Shown: positions 1 to 9,090 of the stretch, one piece after another | How the letters are laid out: every line of letters starts with the position of its first letter | Position numbering within the stretch: the stretch's first letter is position 1 | Assembly (NCBI GenBank): GCA_016934535.1 | Contig: JAFGSQ010000016.1 | Span: 70,685-134,684 of the forward strand | Source: a candidate division WOR-3 bacterium | GTDB taxonomy: Bacteria; SDB-A | DNA: 64,000 nucleotides | Reading direction: 5' to 3' | Program-made: the position numbers and the translations under genes | The notes under the pieces: generated by a model | Seen by the model: only the letters and a program-made list of their open reading frames with translations | Told to the model about the DNA's origin: nothing | Databases searched by the model: none

Positions 1-356
1 CCGGTAAAATAGACTCAGATTTCGAAATACTGTCTGGAGACGACGGCCTGACTTTACCTTCCATGTCTGTTGGAGCTAAAGGCGTGATATCAGTGAGCGC
101 CAATGTAATTCCCTCCGAAGTTTCCAGAATGACCCGCTCTTTCGCTGAAAGAGACACTGAAACTGCTAGAATCATTCACATCAAATATTTCGAACTCACA
201 AAACTGCTTTTTGTAGAGACAAATCCGGTTCCCGTGAAGACGGCCATGAGGATGATGGGTTTGCCTTCGGGAGAGCTTAGACTTCCTCTTGGTGAAATGT
301 CCGAATCCCACAAGGTTTTACTGAGGAACGAACTTGAAAAACTTGACCTTTTATGA
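1..356 (+). CDS. dapA: 4-hydroxy-tetrahydrodipicolinate synthase, C-terminal part (5' end lies outside the window)
   Basis: The ORF runs open to the window edge. Its C-terminal motifs (GVISVSANVIP, NPVPVKTAMRMMGL) are typical of DapA, and lysC follows it directly. Confidence 0.8.
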   Translation, partial: GKIDSDFEILSGDDGLTLPSMSVGAKGVISVSANVIPSEVSRMTRSFAERDTETARIIHIKYFELTKLLFVETNPVPVKTAMRMMGLPSGELRLPLGEMSESHKVLLRNELEKLDLL

Positions 357-1570
357 GCGGAATTATAGTACAGAAATTCGGCGGGACAACTGTCGGCAGT
401 CCTGAAAAAATTAAACTCGTAGCCCGCGAAATTTCAGACATGGTCGACAAAGGATATAAAGTAACGGCAGTGGTTTCGGCCATGGGAGACCAAACTGATG
501 ATTTAATCACTTTAGCCCGTTCTGTTACAGAAAATCCGGACGCGAGAGAATTAGACATGCTCGTCACTGTCGGAGAAAGAATTTCAATTTCGCTTTTGTC
601 CATGGCTCTGAATAGTCTCGGCAAAGATGCTATTTCTTTCACCGGGAGCCAAGCGGGTGTAATAACTGACTGCAATCACTGCGAAGCCAGAATTCTCAGG
701 ATAACTCCGGGAAGAATCCTCGAGGCCTTGAATTCCGGTAAAATTGCCATAATCGCGGGTTTTCAGGGCGTCAGTGAAAAAAAAGAGATCACTACACTCG
801 GAAGAGGTGGATCGGACACTTCCGCGGTCGCTCTTGCGTGCGTGCTGGGAGCGGATTTCTGTGATATTTTCACAGATGTGGATGGTGTTTTCTGCTCAGA
901 TCCGAGAATACTGCCCAAAACAAAACTTATCGAACATATTTGCTATGATGAAATGATGGAAATGGCTTCGCTGGGAGCGAAAGTAGTCCACCCCAGGGCG
1001 GTCGAAATAGCATCCCGATACGATCTCGAAGTCAGAATCCGGAACATGGAGAATTATTTCAAAAAAGACTTCGGAGGTAAATTGACTCAAATAAAAAATG
1101 CCCCTATGTCCCTCGAAGCTGTCACCGTGAAAGGTTTGACGATAGATCACGAAGTGACTCTGATATCCGCCTCATTTAATGACGACCTCTGTCTTTCCTT
1201 CCTTCACTCCCTTTCTGAAAATAATGTGCCTGTCAGGAATTTCTTATATGAAAGCAAAGACGGATCGTTTTTACTTGAAGTCCTTATAAGCTCGAATTAT
1301 TTTGAAAAAGCAAAAAAGACGGCACAAACATACGGATGCTGCAGATTCGAATCGTGGGACAATTACTCGATGATAAGCCTCGTGGGAACCGGCAGCGGTA
1401 ACTCCCCCGAAGTAATGGAAAAACTCAGTTCCATACTTATAAAGAACGGTTCAGTCCTTAAAATGCTGTCGGCATCAGAAGTAAAAGTAAGCTTTTTGCT
1501 TGAAGAAAACAAGGCCGCCGCCGTGCTAAAAGAACTCGCTTCAGAATTCGGTCTTTTCGAAGAAGATTGA
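353..1570 (+). CDS. lysC: aspartate kinase
   Basis: The N-terminus (KFGGTTVGSPEKI) is an amino-acid kinase fold and the C-terminal half carries two ACT-like domains. Its start overlaps the dapA stop (ATGA). Confidence 0.9.
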   Translation: MSGIIVQKFGGTTVGSPEKIKLVAREISDMVDKGYKVTAVVSAMGDQTDDLITLARSVTENPDARELDMLVTVGERISISLLSMALNSLGKDAISFTGSQAGVITDCNHCEARILRITPGRILEALNSGKIAIIAGFQGVSEKKEITTLGRGGSDTSAVALACVLGADFCDIFTDVDGVFCSDPRILPKTKLIEHICYDEMMEMASLGAKVVHPRAVEIASRYDLEVRIRNMENYFKKDFGGKLTQIKNAPMSLEAVTVKGLTIDHEVTLISASFNDDLCLSFLHSLSENNVPVRNFLYESKDGSFLLEVLISSNYFEKAKKTAQTYGCCRFESWDNYSMISLVGTGSGNSPEVMEKLSSILIKNGSVLKMLSASEVKVSFLLEENKAAAVLKELASEFGLFEED

Positions 1571-1576
1571 CCGGAT

Positions 1577-1870
1577 TTATCTGGATTCGCCTTTCTCGGC
1601 CGTTTTGACTTGTTTCTTTTTCTGAATACTGATTATAAGACCCAGAGGTATCAAAACAACATATCCTGCAATTAATAGAATCGGCGCCAGAGTGATCGAG
1701 CCCTGTCTCAAAAATATATACCCGAACAAAACGGACACTATTCCCGCCGCTATTATAAGATAATTGTATATGTTCAGCCCCAAACCCTCGGTTGCCTGGT
1801 TTCTTTGAACTTTACCCGTATCTTTTGTGTCTTTGTCCTTCTTTTTTTCTTCAGTCTTCTTACTCGGCAT
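1577..1870 (-). CDS. small Lys-rich membrane protein (two predicted TM helices), unknown function
   Basis: The ORF has two hydrophobic segments and K-rich termini. I recognise no family for it. Confidence 0.4.
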   Translation of the reverse strand: MPSKKTEEKKKDKDTKDTGKVQRNQATEGLGLNIYNYLIIAAGIVSVLFGYIFLRQGSITLAPILLIAGYVVLIPLGLIISIQKKKQVKTAEKGESR

Positions 1871-1894
1871 ATTATCTCCTTCTTGCGTGCAGTT

Positions 1895-3565
1895 TCACTC
1901 GTTTAACGGAAGAATGCGCCCTCTCTGTATCGTCAGTAATTTATAGCTGAGGTGGCTTCCGGATTCGAGGGCTATCTGCCCTGATACGCCGGAATAAATC
2001 CTCAAAGAGATTATTGCATCTCCCAATTGTTTGGAATTCTCAAAAACTCTGTTCTGGGCGGCGACAAGAATGATTTTCATTGAATCGTAACCCAATCTTG
2101 CAACGCGACTGGGTTCTCTCCCGTATTGTTCGGTGTACCCGTTTACGAATTCAAGAGTTTCCGTGCCGTAATAACCTTTTCCAGGGAAAACCGATCCAAC
2201 TACCGCATCCTCTCCGTACCTTACTATTTCATCGTTGTTCCATAAAGAGGATCCCAGAAATCTGGCCTTGCAACCCATGAATCTTAGCGTCGGTGTAAGT
2301 TGGACGATTTCGCTCACGCTCGAAGATATGAAAACTGCGTCTGGTTCCTCTAAAATGATTTCAGACGAAATTCTTGAATAATCACTGGTACCTCTGGGGA
2401 AAGTCCAGGAACCGGCGATTTCTGCGTTAAGATTTGTAGCGTAATCCGAAAATTTCCTCAAATCGTCTTCGTAACCTTCTCCGCCAACAACGCACAATCT
2501 TCTATAACCCGCTGTTTCCACAGCCCATTGAGCCAAAACATAAAGTTCCTCATCCGTTTCTGGTTTGTTAAGTTGAAAAATATAATTACCGATTTCACCG
2601 ATTCCTTCCTGAGTCGCCGTCGGAGTCAACATTGGAACACCCGCCTCTTTACATATTTTCGCCACTTCAAATGAAGCCGAAGACAGCAAAGGACCTATGA
2701 TGGCAATGACTCCTTCTTCGTATATGAGTTTTTTGGCGCATTGGACCGCCTGTGAGGCTTCTCCATAAGAATCGTACACCAGAATTTCCATGTTGCTGCC
2801 CCTGAGCGCAAGTTTTACGCCATTTATGACCTCGGTGCTGTATTGAGCGTGTTGACCAGTCAGAGGCATTATTACGCCGACTAGCCTGGGATTGACACGG
2901 CGAAGGAAGGGCGGACTTCCGGTGGCCAGGGGAGAATCCGGGTGATTTTTTTTTAAAAGATCCCATATTCTCTCCGATTCCTGCTGATTTCCCTCGCTGA
3001 ACGCGGCTTTGGAGGCGAAATAAAGAATGTCCGGCGCGAGAGTCAGGGTTCTCTTTGCCTGGTATATTCCCATTAACTCTGCCGATGACAGATTCGCCGA
3101 AATCTCGTTTATTTTGTTTTGCGCTATGACCTTGTAAGGATCTTCGTTCGGTATCAAATCGTACATGTCAAGTATCGAGACAAAAGCCTCTTTGAAAGCC
3201 TGCTCGTCAGAATAAATCTGAGAGAGAAGCCGCAGAGCGGAAATTCTGTTTTTCTTGGGCAGATCGCCTGAAGAAGTAAGCCCGAGCAGTATTTCTTCCG
3301 AACCGGGCAGGTCTCCGAGCATGTATGAGCTAAGGGCGATCATGTATTCGGTCTCCTGCCTTGTGGAATCGGAAGGAGAGGAAGCCAGAATCTGTTTAAA
3401 AATTATTATGGCGTCGGAATATTCTCCGAGATCGTATTTTTCAAAAGCCATCCTGTTCAGATCTTCGATATACACTGACTCTTCTGTTCCGTCTCTCCGC
3501 AAAGTCGTACATGACAAAACGAGAAGAATCGAAAATCCCAAGGTGAGCAGGTGTTTTTTTTTCAC
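1895..3565 (-). CDS. lipoprotein with an N-terminal TPR-like region and a C-terminal type-I periplasmic-binding-protein fold (LivK/LpoA-like)
   Basis: It has a signal peptide with a lipobox (LVLSC). The N-terminal third is TPR-like helical, and the C-terminal part resembles Leu/Ile/Val-binding-protein / PBP1 folds. Confidence 0.6.
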   Translation of the reverse strand: MKKKHLLTLGFSILLVLSCTTLRRDGTEESVYIEDLNRMAFEKYDLGEYSDAIIIFKQILASSPSDSTRQETEYMIALSSYMLGDLPGSEEILLGLTSSGDLPKKNRISALRLLSQIYSDEQAFKEAFVSILDMYDLIPNEDPYKVIAQNKINEISANLSSAELMGIYQAKRTLTLAPDILYFASKAAFSEGNQQESERIWDLLKKNHPDSPLATGSPPFLRRVNPRLVGVIMPLTGQHAQYSTEVINGVKLALRGSNMEILVYDSYGEASQAVQCAKKLIYEEGVIAIIGPLLSSASFEVAKICKEAGVPMLTPTATQEGIGEIGNYIFQLNKPETDEELYVLAQWAVETAGYRRLCVVGGEGYEDDLRKFSDYATNLNAEIAGSWTFPRGTSDYSRISSEIILEEPDAVFISSSVSEIVQLTPTLRFMGCKARFLGSSLWNNDEIVRYGEDAVVGSVFPGKGYYGTETLEFVNGYTEQYGREPSRVARLGYDSMKIILVAAQNRVFENSKQLGDAIISLRIYSGVSGQIALESGSHLSYKLLTIQRGRILPLNE

Positions 3566-3774
3566 TTCTCTTTGACTGAAATTAATTCGTTCATTTCCTT
3601 AACTATCTGATCTACGTCGAGCCCGTGAGCCAAAAGGCCGTCTTTCAGAGATTCTCCTGCCGCCAGAACACAGCCAAGGCAATGGAGGTTGTACTTATGA
3701 AAAACTTCGAGAGTTTCAGGATATTTTTGAATTACTTCGGTTAGTTTTGTATCGGGCGTGATGACATCAGACAT
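3562..3774 (-). CDS. DUF1858-type small redox protein (hybrid-cluster-protein-associated disulfide domain family)
   Basis: It is 70 aa with a CLGC motif, and its overall pattern matches DUF1858 / ScdA-N-like small proteins. Confidence 0.5.
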   Translation of the reverse strand: MSDVITPDTKLTEVIQKYPETLEVFHKYNLHCLGCVLAAGESLKDGLLAHGLDVDQIVKEMNELISVKEK

Positions 3775-3856
3775 AATACCTCCGAATTATATTTTTTACT
3801 TTTTTTCCTCATTTATCAACTAAATATATCCGAAATAAGCCATAAAGCAAGCCCCT

Positions 3857-4504
3857 TTAAGGACAATCGAGCTTTTGAGCGACTGCACAGCAGTATCTTG
3901 ATATATCGCAACTTCCGCAAGCAGGTTTTCTGGCTTTGCAAATTTCTCTTCCGTGATCTCCGATTACGAACGAGAATTTTGTCATAATCTTTGCCGGAAT
4001 AACTTTAATGAGCTCGAATTCTATTTCGTCGGGAGTAAGACCTTCCGGCACAAGTCCCAACCGGGCGGTGACTCTGATAAAGTGCGTGTCTACAATTATT
4101 GCGGGTTTACCGAGATATTCTCCGATGAAAAGATTGGCCGTTTTCCTTCCCACACCGGGAATTTTAACCAGTTCATCCATATCCTCCGGAATTGAGCCTC
4201 TGAATTCTTTCACAATGAATGAGGCTGCATCTTTCAGCCTTCTGGATTTCATCTTGTACATTCCTACCGGCTTGAGCAGTTTCTCAAGAAACTCAATATC
4301 TGCCTTCGACAAATCCACAAGAGAGGGATATTTCCTGAAAAGCGTAGGTGTAATTGAATTGACCCTTGCGTCGAGAGTTTGCGCCGAGAGTATGCCTGAA
4401 AGAAGCAGTTCGTGCGGTTCCTTGTAAACAAGATGACAACCGGCTCCGGGATACAAATCAGACAGGCGCTCGAATATTTTTGAAATTCTCGATTCAACTT
4501 TCAT
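3857..4504 (-). CDS. nth: endonuclease III
   Basis: It has the HhH-GPD motif (VDTHFIRVTARLGL) and a C-terminal 4Fe-4S Cys cluster (Cx6CxxCx5C). I placed the start at the internal Met (MKVESRISKIF), which gives about 215 aa; the longer upstream extension looks non-coding. Confidence 0.85.
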   Translation of the reverse strand: MKVESRISKIFERLSDLYPGAGCHLVYKEPHELLLSGILSAQTLDARVNSITPTLFRKYPSLVDLSKADIEFLEKLLKPVGMYKMKSRRLKDAASFIVKEFRGSIPEDMDELVKIPGVGRKTANLFIGEYLGKPAIIVDTHFIRVTARLGLVPEGLTPDEIEFELIKVIPAKIMTKFSFVIGDHGREICKARKPACGSCDISRYCCAVAQKLDCP

Positions 4505-4631
4505 CTTTATCCTTTCAGAAATTAGAATGAACCTGACAGAACAGACCATCTGAATTAAAACATAAAATTTGTCACATGAAAACATCCTCAAACTCTGTTG
4601 ACTGTAATCTCCTCGTGTAATATATATTCTC

Positions 4632-5615
4632 GTGAATTCTGAAATACCTTTATACACCGCTCTTATGAAAAAAGGTTCTCTGGGTGAAACAACCGCCGAG
4701 TTAGAAAGAATACTCGAAAAATGCGAACTTTGTCCCAGAAAATGCGGTGTCAACAGGCTCAAGGGTGAAAAAGGATTCTGCAGGTCGGGAAACAAAGCTT
4801 TGATCTCCTCTTACGGGCCTCATTTCGGAGAAGAACCGTTTATCAGCGGGAAAAACGGTTCCGGGACCGTATTTTTCGCAAACTGCACTATGCGATGTGT
4901 TTATTGCCAAAACTATCAGATAAGTCAGAATTATTCCGATAGTGCGTCTCGATCAGTCGATGTATCTTTGGCTGAAATCATGCTTTCCCTTCAGCACACC
5001 GGCTGTGAAAACATCAATCTGGTAACTCCCACTCATTATTTACCTCAGATATCCGCTTCAATCTTAACCGCAGCCGAAAAGGGACTGATTCTGCCTCTGG
5101 TTTATAACTGCGGAGGTTATGAGAATCCTGACGTCATAAAACTTCTTGAGGGGATAATTGACATTTACATGCCCGACGTGAAATATTACGACGAATCACT
5201 GGCACAAAAATACTCCGGCGCACCCTTCTATTTTGAAAACGCGATTAAATCGCTCGAAGTAATGATAGAACAGACAGGCAATTTCACTGCAGGAAAGAAC
5301 GGAAAGGGCGCCAGGGGAGTTGTCTTGAGACATCTGGTCCTTCCGGGAAATTCAAGTGACAGTAAAAATATTCTGTCATCAGTGAAAGAAATAATTGGTG
5401 TAAATATCTGTCTCAGCATCATGTCACAGTACTATCCCTGCAATGTCGCAGGGCTGTATCCTGAACTTAACAGAACGCTGGGAAAAGACGAATATTCCGA
5501 GGTCGTGGATTTTGCCTGCGATCTGGGTTTTGATAATGTCTTCGCTCAGGATTTGAACGAATCTCCTTATATTTATAAACCGGACTTCAGGAAAGACAAG
5601 CCTTTTGAAACATGA
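4632..5615 (+). CDS. radical SAM protein, PflX-like (COG1313; pyruvate formate-lyase activating enzyme homolog family)
   Basis: It carries the CxxxCxxC radical-SAM motif (CTMRCVYC) preceded by an N-terminal CELCPRKC Cys motif typical of the PflX family. Confidence 0.75.
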   Translation: MNSEIPLYTALMKKGSLGETTAELERILEKCELCPRKCGVNRLKGEKGFCRSGNKALISSYGPHFGEEPFISGKNGSGTVFFANCTMRCVYCQNYQISQNYSDSASRSVDVSLAEIMLSLQHTGCENINLVTPTHYLPQISASILTAAEKGLILPLVYNCGGYENPDVIKLLEGIIDIYMPDVKYYDESLAQKYSGAPFYFENAIKSLEVMIEQTGNFTAGKNGKGARGVVLRHLVLPGNSSDSKNILSSVKEIIGVNICLSIMSQYYPCNVAGLYPELNRTLGKDEYSEVVDFACDLGFDNVFAQDLNESPYIYKPDFRKDKPFET

Positions 5616-5619
5616 TGAA

Positions 5620-5961
5620 TCAGGTTTCGTCTTCGGTTTTTTTCAGGCGAAAAAAAAGTGCCGCAGCATTGGCTGCGCAAAACACTGACGTCAAAGCTAT
5701 CCCCGCAATCCCTGAATACTCGAAAAACCTGTATGTCTCGGCTACTATCCAACCGAGTGCTCCAACGACTGCAAAATAAGCGAAATGTTCTTTGAGAATT
5801 TTCTCTTTTTTTGACAATCTTTTCCTGAGGATTTTCGGCTTTTTGTATGATTCTTTCTGTCCGAGCATTACACTCCAGCTTCCGAAAAATAACAAAAGAA
5901 TCCCTCCCGTTATTCTGCTCAATAATACAGTAACCATGGATTTTCTCCTTTTTCCGTGCAA
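5620..5961 (-). CDS. hypothetical membrane protein
   Basis: Its hydrophobic helices look more protein-like than the overlapping Arg-rich ORF in the other frame. Confidence 0.3.
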   Translation of the reverse strand: MHGKRRKSMVTVLLSRITGGILLLFFGSWSVMLGQKESYKKPKILRKRLSKKEKILKEHFAYFAVVGALGWIVAETYRFFEYSGIAGIALTSVFCAANAAALFFRLKKTEDET

Positions 5962-6046
5962 ATTCAGGCAAGTGTTTTGATATTCCGGACGAAACCTGTA
6001 TAATATATCAACACGAAAAGAGAAGCAACTTCAACCGGAAGAAAAC

Positions 6047-6820
6047 ATGAAAATCGCATCCTGGAATGTAAATTCGCTTAAAATGCGTGCCGAATACCTT
6101 CACATCTGGCTCGAAAAAAATGACGTCGATATCATCCTTCTTCAGGAGATAAAAACCACCGACGATAAATTTCCAGTCTCATTTTTTCAAGAAGTCGGCT
6201 ACAGATCATATTATTACGGTCAGAAATCATACAACGGAGTGGCGATCCTTTCAAAAATGACTTTGGAAAATGTCGTCAAGGGGCTTGACGGATATCTTGA
6301 AGAAGAAAAAAGGTTCATATCAGCACAGTTAGGTGATTTTGTCTTTGCCAGCGTTTACGTCCCCAACGGTAAGTCTCCCGAAGACCCGGCTTTTAAAATT
6401 AAGCTCTCTTTTCTCGAAAAACTGAAAAACCATCTGGTAGGCATTCCCAAACCAAATACTGTAGTCGGAGGCGATTTCAACGTGGCTGTTCGGGACATTG
6501 ACGTTTGGGATCCCGTTTACCTCGACGGCTCTATCTGTTTCCACAGTTCTGAAAGACAGAGAATGCAGGCTATTCTAGACAGCGGTTTTGTGGACTCTTT
6601 CGCGAAAACCCATCCCGACAAACAGTCATTCTCTTGGTGGGACTACCGCGACGGAGCTTTTCATAAGAATCACGGTATGAGGCTTGATTATATCCTTGTA
6701 TCCGAAAACCTGTCCGATAGGATCGTCTCAAGTTCTATAGACAGGGAATCGAGGAAAAAAGCGGGAGAGTTGAAACCTTCGGATCACTCTCCCGTTCTGA
6801 TTGAAATCAGGGAGCGATGA
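6047..6820 (+). CDS. xth: exodeoxyribonuclease III
   Basis: The N-terminus (MKIASWNVNSL), the catalytic D/N/H motifs and the C-terminal SDHSPV all match the Xth/APE1 family. Confidence 0.9.
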   Translation: MKIASWNVNSLKMRAEYLHIWLEKNDVDIILLQEIKTTDDKFPVSFFQEVGYRSYYYGQKSYNGVAILSKMTLENVVKGLDGYLEEEKRFISAQLGDFVFASVYVPNGKSPEDPAFKIKLSFLEKLKNHLVGIPKPNTVVGGDFNVAVRDIDVWDPVYLDGSICFHSSERQRMQAILDSGFVDSFAKTHPDKQSFSWWDYRDGAFHKNHGMRLDYILVSENLSDRIVSSSIDRESRKKAGELKPSDHSPVLIEIRER

Positions 6821-7316
6821 TTTCCAGAAGCGCTTCCGTCACTTTTGCCTGAATCTCTGCATTTTCAGGATTTGACAAGTGACTCGCTATCCATATAAAT
6901 TCGTCTTCGGTCATGGAGTACTTTCTGTAAATGTTTTTTTCGGATTCAGTAAAATTTCCCCCGACCGTTATGTTGTTGTAATTGTCTACGATTTCTTTAT
7001 TATTTGTTTTAAAAGCTGAATCCGCGAGTTGTTCATACGTTACTCCAAGACTGTCCAGATAATTTTTTCCCGCTTCCGCTCTCTGCTGTATAAGCGAGTT
7101 TATGTCTTTCGCGCACATAATATATCTTTCAGACATATCTTCAGTAATTATTCCGTCCGCCGGAGGCGTGAAGACTACGTCCATGGTGTCTACTGTGATG
7201 GTGTCTATTGCGCCGTTGACTCCTGCCAGGGTCGAGTCTCCTGAGTCACCGGGTTTTTGACTGCACGATAACAATGTTAAAACAGTCAGGATAACTGCTG
7301 TGTAAACTCTTTTCAC
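6807..7316 (-). CDS. hypothetical lipoprotein
   Basis: It has a signal peptide with a lipobox (LLSCS). I recognise no family. Confidence 0.5.
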   Translation of the reverse strand: MKRVYTAVILTVLTLLSCSQKPGDSGDSTLAGVNGAIDTITVDTMDVVFTPPADGIITEDMSERYIMCAKDINSLIQQRAEAGKNYLDSLGVTYEQLADSAFKTNNKEIVDNYNNITVGGNFTESEKNIYRKYSMTEDEFIWIASHLSNPENAEIQAKVTEALLEIIAP

Positions 7317-7362
7317 GATTCCTCCTTTTATAAACTATAAACTAAAAATTCGAATATGAAAT

Positions 7363-7818
7363 TTACCATATTTTGTTGAAAGAATCCATACATCCGAAAT
7401 ATTTTTCGTAATCAGGCCCTACGATAATAGTGACGTCGTGCATGCAGTTTTTCTTTATCTCGACGAGAGGAGGAGATATCGAGGAAGCCCGGCAAAGGAT
7501 TTTAGCGTTTCTGCCGGTTGAATCTTTTCTATCGACGACGAATGATCTGTCGAGTTCGGGTTCATACCAATTGTCAATCCTGATTACGTCGAATATGAAT
7601 AAAGTTTCGTTGAACAACACTCTTGTGGATTTTAGTGTGTCAGCGACGTATCTGCCGAGAGCGTCTTTTCCTGTTCCGTTAAGTATTTCAACCAGCACCG
7701 TGTCCTGCGGATACTGAGAATAATCTGCGTACGGATTTTCAGTTTGCAACCTGATTTTCGGAGGTTTGCTGCAGGACAGCAAAAGGATTAAAACAACTAT
7801 CGGTAAATTTTTTTTCAC
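7363..7818 (-). CDS. lipoprotein, possibly with a LytR_C-like domain
   Basis: It has a lipobox (LLSCS). The VLVEILNGTGKDALG...V pattern resembles the LytR C-terminal domain. Confidence 0.45.
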   Translation of the reverse strand: MKKNLPIVVLILLLSCSKPPKIRLQTENPYADYSQYPQDTVLVEILNGTGKDALGRYVADTLKSTRVLFNETLFIFDVIRIDNWYEPELDRSFVVDRKDSTGRNAKILCRASSISPPLVEIKKNCMHDVTIIVGPDYEKYFGCMDSFNKIW

Positions 7819-8738
7819 GCGGTTTCACCGTTTTTCAAAACAAAGTCTTTTAAATGGCAATGCGGACCCACGACGCAATTTTCGCCAATTTTTGTTTTTC
7901 CGGTCAGGTACGCGAAAGGGTGGATCACCGACCCCGCCCCTATATCAACCTCGTAATCGATGACAGTATTCTCTGGAGACGTTATTGTGACGCCTTTCTT
8001 CATCAGTTCGTTCATTTTGTCATTTCTTACCAAGGAGCTCAGAATTGAAAGTTCGGCCCTGTCGTTAGCTCCCTGAAATTCTGAAGAATCGCTGGCAATT
8101 GAATACATGACTCTCACTCTTTTCTTATTCAATATCCGGATCGTGTCGGTTAGATAATACTCTTTCTGATCGTTTTCCGGCTTCACTTCAGCGAGGGATT
8201 CAAACAGCATTTTCCTTTCGCAGATCATGATTCCAGTGTTGACAAGTTTTATAAGTTTTTCAGAATCGTTTGCATCTCTGGCTTCCCTGATGGCCGACAA
8301 ATTCTCGCCTTCAGTTATCAGTCTGCCGTACGAACCTGGTTTATCGAGCTTCATACCGAGAATAGAGGCAGTCGCTTTTTCGGACCGAAGAATAAAATCC
8401 TCCAGCGTTTTAGCTTTAACCAGAGGCACGTCTCCGTAAAGCACCAAAATTCTCATGGATCCTGAAAACATCTTTTCTGTCTGCAGAACTGCGTGACCGG
8501 TGCCCAGCTGTGGTTTCTGTTCGACAAATTCCAGGGGTCTTGATTTGAAAAATTCCATAATCAGATCGCCCCCTTTTCCGATTACAACCACCGTTTTATC
8601 AGGATGTAATCTATCCGCCTGATCCAAAACATAACAGAGCATAGGATATCCCGCCACTTCGAGCAGAGCTTTGGGTGTTTCCGACTTCATTCTTTTGCCT
8701 TCACCCGCGGCAAGTATTACAACGCCTAAGCCGTTCAT
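7815..8738 (-). CDS. glmU: GlmU-like UDP-GlcNAc pyrophosphorylase, truncated (uridyltransferase domain only, acetyltransferase beta-helix absent)
   Basis: The N-terminus (GVVILAAGEGKRMKS, LGTGHA, YGDVPL) is collinear with E. coli GlmU residues about 1-307. The ORF stops after about two hexapeptide turns, and the next gene is an unrelated lipoprotein. Confidence 0.8.
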   Translation of the reverse strand: MNGLGVVILAAGEGKRMKSETPKALLEVAGYPMLCYVLDQADRLHPDKTVVVIGKGGDLIMEFFKSRPLEFVEQKPQLGTGHAVLQTEKMFSGSMRILVLYGDVPLVKAKTLEDFILRSEKATASILGMKLDKPGSYGRLITEGENLSAIREARDANDSEKLIKLVNTGIMICERKMLFESLAEVKPENDQKEYYLTDTIRILNKKRVRVMYSIASDSSEFQGANDRAELSILSSLVRNDKMNELMKKGVTITSPENTVIDYEVDIGAGSVIHPFAYLTGKTKIGENCVVGPHCHLKDFVLKNGETA

Positions 8739-8739
8739 T

Positions 8740-9090
8740 CTAATTAATCAATCTGTTGTCGCCGTCAAATTTCAAGACAGTCATTTCAAAGCTGTCAATC
8801 TCTTCCATAGACAACAGCACCTCTGACATTATTATCAGCCTGTCGTTTGGGAGACCCAACCTCGCAGCAGCTCCGTTCAGCTTGACTTCACCCGAGAACG
8901 GCTCTTCCTCTATAATGTATGTTTGAAATCTTTCTCCGTTGTTGAGATTGGCGACGAGAACCATTTCACCCGGCATCAAAGACGCCTTTTTCAGTATTTC
9001 AGAATCAATTCCTATACTGCCGGTGTAAGCGAGGTTGGCCTCTGTCACTTTAAGCCCGTGTAGTTTGACTTTCACAAATCTCCTCAGCAT
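8740..9090 (-). CDS. panD: aspartate 1-decarboxylase
   Basis: It is 116 aa with the typical PanD sequence including the Gly-Ser self-cleavage site (TGSIGID). Confidence 0.9.
   Translation of the reverse strand: MLRRFVKVKLHGLKVTEANLAYTGSIGIDSEILKKASLMPGEMVLVANLNNGERFQTYIIEEEPFSGEVKLNGAAARLGLPNDRLIIMSEVLLSMEEIDSFEMTVLKFDGDNRLIN

Noticed and set aside
4505-4795. N-terminal 97-aa extension of the endonuclease III ORF
   Set aside because: It is not conserved-looking, and the nth homology begins at the internal Met at 4504. The extension would also run into the promoter region of the divergent radical SAM gene.
5573-5971. 132-aa Arg-rich ORF overlapping 5620..5961 in another frame
   Set aside because: Its composition (R/K-rich, low complexity) looks like a frame artefact. 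The alternative frame gives plausible TM helices.
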